This document shows positions 41,331 to 49,268 of a DNA stretch of 64,000 nucleotides, piece by piece (the stretch's first letter is position 1; each line of letters begins with the position of its first letter). Source of the stretch: Tepidisphaera sp. (GTDB taxonomy: Bacteria; Planctomycetota; Phycisphaerae; Phycisphaerales; UBA1924); NCBI GenBank assembly GCA_050916045.1, contig CP051526.1:1856001-1920000 (forward strand), in the 5' to 3' direction. Below the pieces are notes generated by a model, which saw nothing but the letters and a program-made list of their open reading frames with translations, ran no database searches and had not been told where the DNA came from. The position numbers were made by a program, and so were the translations under genes.

Positions 41331-42362
41331 TCACCGCGAAGCGACCGTGCTCGCCTTCACCGTGGGCTGGCCCGTCTGCTCGACGGTGGGGGTGTTCCCC
41401 TGCGGGGCCTGCTTCACATCCCCGGGCCCGATCTCGATCACCTGCTTGCGCTGGATCGGGGTGAACCCGGCCTGCTTCTTCGTGCGGTTGCGAGCGTCAA
41501 GGTCGATCTTCGCCTTGGCTTCGTAGTTGTCGGTCACGCCGCCCTTGCCGAGGCTTTCGAGCTGAGCTTCCTGCTTGGTCCGCATCTCGGCGAGGCGGCC
41601 CTTGAGGTTCTCAAGGCTGCCGGCTTCGTAGCGGCTGTTGCGGTCGATCGTGTCCTGACGCTTCTCCATGATCGTGATCAGCCTGTCGTTGCGGGCGATC
41701 GCGTCGATCTGGTGGTCCAATGCCGCGAGCTGCGTCTGGAACTCGGCCCGCTCGGCTTCAAGCTTGTCGGCGAGGTCCGCGAGACGCTTCTCCTGCTCGC
41801 TCATGTACCCAAGGTCCCGATCGATCTCGGCCTGACGCGAGGTATAGGTCGCGACGACCTGCTCGACCCGCGTCGCCTTCGTCACGGCCTGGTCGATCGT
41901 GAGCGACTCATTGTTGAAGTTCAGGCGGATCTCGGGCGAACCTTCGCCGATGGAGTTGGTGTCTTCCCGGTACGAAGCCGCCGAAGCCAGCGCCCCGTGC
42001 GACTCGGTCAGGTCCTGGGCCTGGGCGAGCATGCCCGTCAGCTTGCCAAGGTCCGCCTGAGCAAGGTCCACGACCCGCTGGGCGACCTGCTGCTCGCGGC
42101 GAAGCTCGGTGCTCTGCTGGCGGAGCTGAGCCAGGTCCGTGCGGACCGCGGCGATCCGCGGAGCGTACTGAGACTCAAGCTCGCGGATCTGAGCCCGCAG
42201 CGCCGCGGGATCGTCGATGCACGAGTCCACCGCGGAGTTGATGTTGTTGCCGACCTTGTCCACCAGCAGCCGGGCCCGGACGGGACCGACGATGGCGAGC
42301 CCGGCAACCGCCGCAAGGGCAGAGATGACGCCGACACGAACGATGGTCTTGGTGAGTGCCAT
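41331..42362 (-). CDS. Long coiled-coil protein, PspA/IM30-like, with N-terminal hydrophobic segment
   Basis: IDDPAALRAQIRELE resembles the PspA N-terminal EDP motif; heptad helices throughout; AAGGAGG RBS. Confidence 0.65.
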   Translation of the reverse strand: MALTKTIVRVGVISALAAVAGLAIVGPVRARLLVDKVGNNINSAVDSCIDDPAALRAQIRELESQYAPRIAAVRTDLAQLRQQSTELRREQQVAQRVVDLAQADLGKLTGMLAQAQDLTESHGALASAASYREDTNSIGEGSPEIRLNFNNESLTIDQAVTKATRVEQVVATYTSRQAEIDRDLGYMSEQEKRLADLADKLEAERAEFQTQLAALDHQIDAIARNDRLITIMEKRQDTIDRNSRYEAGSLENLKGRLAEMRTKQEAQLESLGKGGVTDNYEAKAKIDLDARNRTKKQAGFTPIQRKQVIEIGPGDVKQAPQGNTPTVEQTGQPTVKASTVASR

Positions 42363-42634
42363 GGGGAACCTCCTTGGGGTCCTGCTTGCCGGCGACTCGG
42401 ACAACTCGTCCATACAGGTCCCGGCGGGTGTGCTCAGGAGGTTGTTGGGGAATCGCCGGCGTCAATTTCGCGCTTCCAACCCGCCCCGAACGCGATTTCT
42501 GCGCCCGAGAACCCGGAAACGTGCAGTCCGCAACCCCCCTTGGACATACAACGGGTCGAAGGCCGCGTCCGCTTTCACCGTTGGTTCGGAATAACATCCA
42601 CCACGCACGCACCGCTAGGGGCCGACCAACACCG

Positions 42635-43405
42635 ATGCTCAACTCCATGACAACAAGCTTCGTCGCTCGCCTCCGTGCCAACGACCAGGCGACCTGGTTC
42701 GAGCTCTGGGAAACCTTCGGCCCCGTCGTCCGGGGACAGCTCGCCAAGTGGGGCCGCGGCCGCATCGGAAGCCAGACCGTTCAGGACCTCTCGCAGGAGA
42801 CGCTCTCGGCCCTTTCCGAATCGATCGACCGCTACGACCCTGCCCGCGGCGCCCGCTTTAGCACCTGGCTTCTCGCCATCGCCAAGCACGTCCTCGGCGA
42901 CGAAATGGACCGCCGCAACGCCCAGAAACGCGGCGGGGACAAGAAAACCGGCACCTTCGACGAGGGCTGGATGGTCGCGTCCGCCGCCCAGGGGGCCGAC
43001 GACAAGTACGAAGCCGCGGTTTTCCGCGCCAAGGTCGAGGAAGCCATCCGCAAAGTCCAGAGAACCTCCGACTTCACGGACTTTGAGATCTTCCGGATGC
43101 GGGTCCTGGAATCCAAAAGCGGCAAACAGGTCGCCGAGGACCTTGGCATGAGCGAACCCACCGTCAGCCGCAGGCTGGCCAAGGTCCGCGACGCGCTCCG
43201 GACCCAGCTCCACGAGACCATCTGCAAATACAGCTTCACCCCCGAGGAGATGTCCGAAGCGGCGCGAAATCGATTGGAACTGGATCCGAACAAAGGGCCG
43301 ACGGCCGCCGACGATGCCGCCTTTGATGAAGCGGTCGCGGAGATCTACCACGTTCAGGTCGAACTCCGGCGGCAGGATCAGGCATCGCGGCTCGAAAGCC
43401 GGTAG
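42635..43405 (+). CDS. ECF-family RNA polymerase sigma factor
   Basis: QDLSQETL, YDPARGARFSTWL (region 2); QVAEDLGMSEPTVSRRL (region 4 HTH). Confidence 0.9.
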   Translation: MLNSMTTSFVARLRANDQATWFELWETFGPVVRGQLAKWGRGRIGSQTVQDLSQETLSALSESIDRYDPARGARFSTWLLAIAKHVLGDEMDRRNAQKRGGDKKTGTFDEGWMVASAAQGADDKYEAAVFRAKVEEAIRKVQRTSDFTDFEIFRMRVLESKSGKQVAEDLGMSEPTVSRRLAKVRDALRTQLHETICKYSFTPEEMSEAARNRLELDPNKGPTAADDAAFDEAVAEIYHVQVELRRQDQASRLESR

Positions 43406-43432
43406 CCCTTCGTGCCCGGATCGGAGATCGCC

Positions 43433-45940
43433 ATGAACACCACCTCTCCACTCGTCGCCCAGCTCGGATCCGACGCTCTGGCGTCTGCCGTGACCGTCTT
43501 CGGCACGATTCTCGCCGTCACGCTCGCCGGGTTCATCGCGATCCTGGTGATCCGCTGGGTGATGTGGCCGGCGTTCAAGGGCGCGGGCTGGTTCATCAGC
43601 GCCACGTTCAGCTTCGTGGGTCGCACCATCCGCGAGATCTTCCGCCTCATCGGCGCCGTGGTCACCGCGATCTTCTACATCCCGCTGATCCTCGGCACCA
43701 TCCTCATCGGGCGATGGTCCGCATCCGCGCACTTCAGCCGCTCGCTCCAAAGCGAGTTCGGCCTCGCCGGCAAGTGCCTCTACCGCCTCGCGATCGGCAA
43801 CCTCCTCACCAGCTACGGGATGCGTGATGTCGTCGCCGGTATCGAGGAACGCATGCCGCAAGCGATGGCCGACGCCCCGGGCTCGGACCTGCCCCACGCC
43901 GACAGGAAGGGCCTGATCTTCGCCGCCGAAGTCGGCTGGGGAAAGAACGCCAAGGAACGCACCGGGCTCTTCGGCGGATACACGATCATCGGAAGCCTGC
44001 CCGGCGGCGGCTCGGGCGGCAAGCTCTACATCGCCGAACCCGACGCGATCAAGATGGCCACCTTCGAACGTAACGGTCACTTCGGCGTCGGCCAGGTCGT
44101 CATCAAGAGCTTCTCCATCCGCGACGGCAGCAGCCTGCCGCAGATCGTGCGCGAAAGCCAGTCGCTCCCCGCGGCTAAGAAGCTCGGCTTGGTCCTCGAT
44201 CACGAACTCACCCCCGATCGCTTCTACTACGCCATGCGGTTCGTGCCCGGGCAGAGCCTCTCGGCTGTCACGCACCAGCTTCACGGTGCCAGTGCGCCGC
44301 CCGTCGGCCAGCGTGGGCTCGATGACGCTTCTCTCCGCACCGCTCTTGGCATCGTCGCCGACCTCCTCTCCACCCTCGACGCGTACCACCGCGGCGGCCT
44401 CTGGCACAAGGACGTCAAGCCCGACAACATCATCGTCGACGGCAAGCGTGCGCACCTCGTCGATTTCGGCCTCGTGACCCCCCTCCGCAGCGCCATGACG
44501 CTGACCACGCACGGCACCGAGTACTTCCGCGACCCGGAGATGGTCAAGATGGCCCTCAAGGGCGTGAAGGTCCACGAAGTCGACGGAGCCCGATTCGACC
44601 TCTTCGGCGCGGGCGCGGTTCTGTATTCGATCATCGAGAACAGCTTCCCCGCCCACGGCGTGCTCTCGCAGATCTCCATGCGCTGCCCCGACGCGCTCCG
44701 GTGGGTCGTCCGCCGCGCGATGACCGACTACGACAAGCGCTACCCGACCGCCGCCGCGATGCTCCGCGACATCGACGCCATTCGCCACGCCGCCGACCCG
44801 ATGACCCTCAAGCCCGGCCAGCTCCCCAGCATGAGCGAGCCCGACGGCAACGTTGAGATCCCCGTTGCAGAAGCGATGCCGGATTTCCCTTTCGCCAATC
44901 GCGCGGCGGCGATCCCCGCAGCCGCGATCCCCGCGGCCATTCCCGCCGCTCAGGTCGCCGCCGAGCAGGTCGCCGCTTCCGCCGTTCCACCGCCGCTCCC
45001 CTTCGCCGCTCCGATGAACCCGGCCCCCGCCGCGGACCCCGCCGAGGTCCGCGTGACCAACTGGTGGACCGGCGCGTTCGAGATCGTCGGTGGCACGCGC
45101 CGCCAGCAGCCCGCCCAGCAAGCCGCTCCTTTCGCCGCCGCTTCACCCGGCGCGGGTGCGGATCGCGCCCGCCGCCACGATGGCGCTCGACGCACCGCCG
45201 CAGAACAGCTTGAGAACGCCCGCGGCCGCGCCGCCGCCGCTCGCGAGCGGGCCCAGAAGCGTCTTGACACCCGCCGCCCCCTCAACCGAACCTACAGCAA
45301 CAACCCCAGCGCCGGCACCTACGCCGCCCTCGGCGTCGCCGCGCTCGTCGCGTTCGTGGTCCTCGGCGGCCTCTTCACCGCCCGTTCCAGGTCTTCGACA
45401 TTCCCCACTCCCCCTTTCCCGTCCGACATGTCCGTCGTCTTCTCGGATCGTGATCCCAGCGGCGAGACACGCTCCTCAAGCCCCGTCCGCATCGTCTCCG
45501 ACAAGCCCGCCAAGGTCTCTGGTGCGACCGCGCTCGTCGTCGTCGACCTCAAGAAGCCCCTCGACGCCTCGCACGAGAAAGAGATCAAAGCCACCGTCGC
45601 CCGCCTCCGCGAAGCCGGCTTCGAAGTCCGCGGCGAATACCCCGGTGGCGAACCCGACGACACCGACCTCGAACTCACCGCTTCCGCCATCAAAGCGGCC
45701 AGCGGCCTCGCCGTCGACACCACCTCCGGCGCCGAAGCAGTCGGCCGCTGGATCGCTCAGTCCGAGGGCGCCGCCGACGTCGTGATCTGGATCAAGCCCG
45801 CCCCCGGCGCCCGCGGCGATGTCCCCAACATCACCCGCGTCATCATCACCCCCGCCGAAGGCGTCGAAGCGTCCGACCAACCCGCCGACCCCACCCAAGC
45901 CGCCCTCATCCGCAAAGCGGCCAAGGAAGCGGCTCGATAG
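43433..45940 (+). CDS. Membrane Ser/Thr protein kinase
   Basis: GGGSGG loop, VVIK, HKDVKPDN, DFG, GTEYF, DLFGAG; N-terminal and C-terminal TM segments. Confidence 0.9.
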   Translation: MNTTSPLVAQLGSDALASAVTVFGTILAVTLAGFIAILVIRWVMWPAFKGAGWFISATFSFVGRTIREIFRLIGAVVTAIFYIPLILGTILIGRWSASAHFSRSLQSEFGLAGKCLYRLAIGNLLTSYGMRDVVAGIEERMPQAMADAPGSDLPHADRKGLIFAAEVGWGKNAKERTGLFGGYTIIGSLPGGGSGGKLYIAEPDAIKMATFERNGHFGVGQVVIKSFSIRDGSSLPQIVRESQSLPAAKKLGLVLDHELTPDRFYYAMRFVPGQSLSAVTHQLHGASAPPVGQRGLDDASLRTALGIVADLLSTLDAYHRGGLWHKDVKPDNIIVDGKRAHLVDFGLVTPLRSAMTLTTHGTEYFRDPEMVKMALKGVKVHEVDGARFDLFGAGAVLYSIIENSFPAHGVLSQISMRCPDALRWVVRRAMTDYDKRYPTAAAMLRDIDAIRHAADPMTLKPGQLPSMSEPDGNVEIPVAEAMPDFPFANRAAAIPAAAIPAAIPAAQVAAEQVAASAVPPPLPFAAPMNPAPAADPAEVRVTNWWTGAFEIVGGTRRQQPAQQAAPFAAASPGAGADRARRHDGARRTAAEQLENARGRAAAARERAQKRLDTRRPLNRTYSNNPSAGTYAALGVAALVAFVVLGGLFTARSRSSTFPTPPFPSDMSVVFSDRDPSGETRSSSPVRIVSDKPAKVSGATALVVVDLKKPLDASHEKEIKATVARLREAGFEVRGEYPGGEPDDTDLELTASAIKAASGLAVDTTSGAEAVGRWIAQSEGAADVVIWIKPAPGARGDVPNITRVIITPAEGVEASDQPADPTQAALIRKAAKEAAR

Positions 45941-46045
45941 CGAGACTCAGTTCACCAGAGACTCGCCGTTCGGGTCACATCGATCAGTCAGAGAACCCGC
46001 GCTGACCCAAAGACCGAAGCTCGCTTCGGGCTTCTTCGCATTTCC

Positions 46046-46125
46046 GCCCCAAAGGGGCCCAAGAAGAAAGACCAGGCCGTAAGGCCTGGGTTTGTGCGGT
46101 GTCGTGGTCAAAGCCCCAAAGGGGC
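46046..46125. repeat. Left REP-like hairpin cluster
   Basis: GCCCCAAAGGGGC, CCAGGCCGTAAGGCCTGG, and a second GCCCCAAAGGGGC at 46113-46125. Confidence 0.85.
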
Positions 46126-46130
46126 GCGAC

Positions 46131-46583
46131 CTAGTCCCAGATATAGCGAGGATCGTGCGACATCCCGTGGCGTTCGAGAAACTCGAGGAACTCCTCCTTG
46201 AATGAACGATGGCGATGGTGCTCTTCTTGGTTCGCGATGTACCGCTCGACGACTGATCGAGACGATTGACTGACGGAGAAAGCGCCGTAACCCGCCTGCC
46301 ATGAGAAATGCTGAGGATCCGAAAAAGTCTCATGGATCCATCTTGAAGAGTTGCTCTTGAGCTTGCCGACAAGCTCGGCAACCGACACCGTGGGGTGAAG
46401 AACGAACAAGCCGTGCGAATGATCGGCCACACCGCCCAATTGGAGTGCCGTGCAGCGCAGATTGGAAGCGATGCCGGCAACGTAGGGATCAAGGCGGGAA
46501 CGAAGCGAGTCAGAGATCAACGGCTCGCGATCCTTGGTTGAGAAAGCGATGTGAACCAGAACGTTTGCGAGCGACTGAGGCAT
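46131..46583 (-). CDS. tnpA: IS200-like Y1 transposase TnpA
   Basis: HIAFSTK.R, DHSH (HUH), KSNSS, WQAGY, YIANQEEHH. Confidence 0.92.
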   Translation of the reverse strand: MPQSLANVLVHIAFSTKDREPLISDSLRSRLDPYVAGIASNLRCTALQLGGVADHSHGLFVLHPTVSVAELVGKLKSNSSRWIHETFSDPQHFSWQAGYGAFSVSQSSRSVVERYIANQEEHHRHRSFKEEFLEFLERHGMSHDPRYIWD

Positions 46584-46616
46584 GGCTTCAGTCTAACTTC
46601 GTCGCCGCCGGATGTG

Positions 46617-46714
46617 GAGCCACTATGGGGCTCACAATTGAGCCACGCGGTCGTTGCGCATTCACATAGCCCAGGCCTTACGGCCTGGGCTTTCTTCTTG
46701 CGCCCCTTCGGGGC
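46617..46714. repeat. Right REP-like hairpin cluster (inverted relative to left)
   Basis: GAGCCACTATGGGGCTC, AGCCCAGGCCTTACGGCCTGGGCT, GCCCCTTCGGGGC. Confidence 0.85.
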
Positions 46715-46735
46715 GTAGAGCTCAAGCGGAGTTGA

Positions 46736-47935
46736 TTAGACCTCAACAACCATCGCCACGCTGTTCCCGCCGCCCAGGCACAGCGCCGCCACACCGCGCT
46801 TCCCGCCCGTGCGGTGAAGCTGGTGGATCAGCGTCGTCAGCACGCGGGCTCCGCTCGCGCCGATCGGGTGACCCAGCGCCACGCCGCCGCCGCAGATGTT
46901 CAGCCGGCTCTCCGGAATCTCCAGCGCCTTGATGTTGCAAAGCACCTGCGCCGCGAACGCCTCGTTGATCTCAAACAGATCGATGTCCTTCACCGACAGG
47001 CCCGCTTTCTTGAGCGCCCCCGCGATCCCCTCGATCGGCGCCGCGAAGATGTCCTTGGGAGCAACGCCGCTCGTGTGGTACGACACGATCTTCGCGATCG
47101 GCTTCACCCCGAGCGTCTCCGCCTTCGACAGGCTTGAAACGACCAGCGACGCCGCCCCATCAGAGATCTGGCTCGCGTTCGCCGCCGTCACTGTGCCGTC
47201 CGGCGTGAAGGCCGCGCGAAGCTTCGAGATCCCGTCCGCCGTCGTGTCCGCACGGATCCCCTCGTCAGCCGACACGCCGGGGCTCTTCTTGTCCAGGCAC
47301 TGCTCACCCGTCAACGCGAGGATCTCGTTCTTGAACAAGCCGTTCTTGGTCGCGTCCGCCGCCCGCTGGTGGCTCTGCGCCGCGAACCGGTCCTGATCCG
47401 CGCGCGAAATCTCGTACTTCTTCGCGATGTGGTCCGCCGAGTTCCCCATCGCGCACGCTTCAAACGCGCACGTCAAGCCGTCCGAAGCCATGTGGTCGAA
47501 CATCTGCGCCGGCCCGTACTTCACACCCTCGCGCACGCGGGCGAAGTGGGGGGCCGCCGTCATGTTCTCAAACCCGCCCGCGACCACAAGCTGGTTGTCG
47601 CCCGCTTTGATCGACTGCGCCGCGAGCATCACCGCTTGCAAGCCCGACCCGCACACCTTGTTGACCGTCTGGGCCGAGATCGTGTCCGGCAGCCCACCTT
47701 TGAGCGCCGCCTGCCGCGCCGGGTTCTGCCCCAGCCCCGCCTGCAGCACGCACCCCATGATCACCTCATCCACATCACCCTTGACCCTGTCCAACCCGCC
47801 GATCGCGTCAAGCACCGCCCGCACCGTGTACGACCCCAGCACCGGCGAGGGCACCTTCGAAAGCCCACCGAAGAACTTCCCGATCGGCGTGCGTTTGGCG
47901 GCGAGAATGACAGGCTGGGTCGCGGCGCTGGACAT
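46736..47935 (-). CDS. Acetyl-CoA C-acetyltransferase (thiolase)
   Basis: NKVCGSG, NEAFA, GHPIGASG, CLGGG. Confidence 0.96.
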   Translation of the reverse strand: MSSAATQPVILAAKRTPIGKFFGGLSKVPSPVLGSYTVRAVLDAIGGLDRVKGDVDEVIMGCVLQAGLGQNPARQAALKGGLPDTISAQTVNKVCGSGLQAVMLAAQSIKAGDNQLVVAGGFENMTAAPHFARVREGVKYGPAQMFDHMASDGLTCAFEACAMGNSADHIAKKYEISRADQDRFAAQSHQRAADATKNGLFKNEILALTGEQCLDKKSPGVSADEGIRADTTADGISKLRAAFTPDGTVTAANASQISDGAASLVVSSLSKAETLGVKPIAKIVSYHTSGVAPKDIFAAPIEGIAGALKKAGLSVKDIDLFEINEAFAAQVLCNIKALEIPESRLNICGGGVALGHPIGASGARVLTTLIHQLHRTGGKRGVAALCLGGGNSVAMVVEV

Positions 47936-48032
47936 GGAACAGTTCTCCGTATGGTCGTGTGGAACCGGCTTTGGAACGCAATGAAACGCGGAAAACCACT
48001 ATAGGGAACCAAGCCCCGCCATCCAAACAGCC

Positions 48033-48734
48033 TTACCCCTTTGGGCCCGGCATCGACGCTTCATCCACAAGGAACTCCACCCCCTCGGGCCGCACGCTCG
48101 CCATCGGCAGCCCCCCCGCACCCCGCCGCCGCGCCTCAAGCACCTCCGCAAGCCGGGCCGCTTTGTCCGCCCCGGTGATCATCGCCACCGCCCGCGAGCA
48201 CGACCCCAGCGCGGCCAGCGTCACCGACACCCGGTCCGCGATCGCAAACCCCGCCGGTGCCGTCGCCGGCGTCACCAGCGCCGCCTGGTCCCGGTGCCCC
48301 GGAAAGATCGAAGCCGTGTGCCCGTCCGCCCCCATGCCCAAAAGCACCAGATCAAAGATCGGCCGCCCCTTGGGAAGCGTCCCCGCATAAATGTCCGCCG
48401 CCACCCGCGGCCCAAGCTCCCCCGGAATCCGAAACACCGCCGCCGGGATCGCCGTCAGCATCGCTTCCCGCACCATCCGGTAGTTGCTGTCCGGGTGGTC
48501 CGGCCCCACACACCGCTCATCCCCGAAGTACAGGTCCACCTTCGGCCACTCGAGCTTGTCCCCGTACTCCGCCGCAAGCAGCGAGTAAAGCACCTTCGGC
48601 GTCGACCCGCCCGAGAGGGCCATCGAGAACCGGCCCTTCTCCGCGATCGCTTTCGATCCGTCGGCGATGATGATCTCGGCGGCGTGCCTGGCGATCGCGG
48701 CGGCGTTGGGAAACCGAAGCATGGTGTCGGGCAT
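48033..48734 (-). CDS. pgl: 6-phosphogluconolactonase
   Basis: ALSGGSTP, GDERCV, SNY, LLGMGADGHTAS. Confidence 0.93.
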   Translation of the reverse strand: MPDTMLRFPNAAAIARHAAEIIIADGSKAIAEKGRFSMALSGGSTPKVLYSLLAAEYGDKLEWPKVDLYFGDERCVGPDHPDSNYRMVREAMLTAIPAAVFRIPGELGPRVAADIYAGTLPKGRPIFDLVLLGMGADGHTASIFPGHRDQAALVTPATAPAGFAIADRVSVTLAALGSCSRAVAMITGADKAARLAEVLEARRRGAGGLPMASVRPEGVEFLVDEASMPGPKG

Positions 48735-48819
48735 GCTCGGAGCGTAGACCCGGTCTTGGAAACAACAACGCCCGCGAGACCGCTCGCGGGCGCTGATTCC
48801 GTGCTGGTCCATGAACCGC

Positions 48820-49119
48820 TTAGCCGTTGGACGCGGAGTTCTCGCCTGCGGCCGAGTGCCCGTCCGTGCCAAGGCCCGTCTCCGCGGCCTGTGGAACGCT
48901 CGCCGGCGCGGAGCTAACGCTCGCGGCGGCCGGAGCCTTCTTCGCGCGGGCCGAGCCGCTCGCCTTGGTGCCGGCTTTCTTCACGGCTTTCTTTGCAGGC
49001 TTCTTCGCGCCCGTCTTTGCCGCCTTCGTGGTGGCTTTCTTGGTCGCTTTCTTCAGGACCTTCTTACCAGCCTTCTTGCCTGCTTTCTTCGCCGCTTTCT
49101 TCTTGGCCTTCTTTGCCAT
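48820..49119 (-). CDS. Lys/Ala-rich histone-H1-like small protein
   Basis: MAKKAKKKAAKKAGKK... ; AAGGAG RBS. Confidence 0.75.
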   Translation of the reverse strand: MAKKAKKKAAKKAGKKAGKKVLKKATKKATTKAAKTGAKKPAKKAVKKAGTKASGSARAKKAPAAASVSSAPASVPQAAETGLGTDGHSAAGENSASNG

Positions 49120-49268
49120 GGAGGCTCTCCTTCGTGCCTGTCCGCGTCCGTCGAGCGATCGCCCGGACACACGCCCGCGCGAGTCGCTTCAATCTACCCG
49201 AGAATTCGCCGCGTGGCAACCAAGAACCTCCTCATTCCGCCGCTCTTGACGAGGGCTAACCTCGTCCG

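Larger units (their letters stand above)
46046..46714. mobile_element. IS200/IS605-superfamily (Y1/HUH) element framed by about 50-bp composite inverted repeats
   Basis: Left 46046-46096 and right 46663-46714 are near-identical inverted copies; transposase lies between them. Confidence 0.8.
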
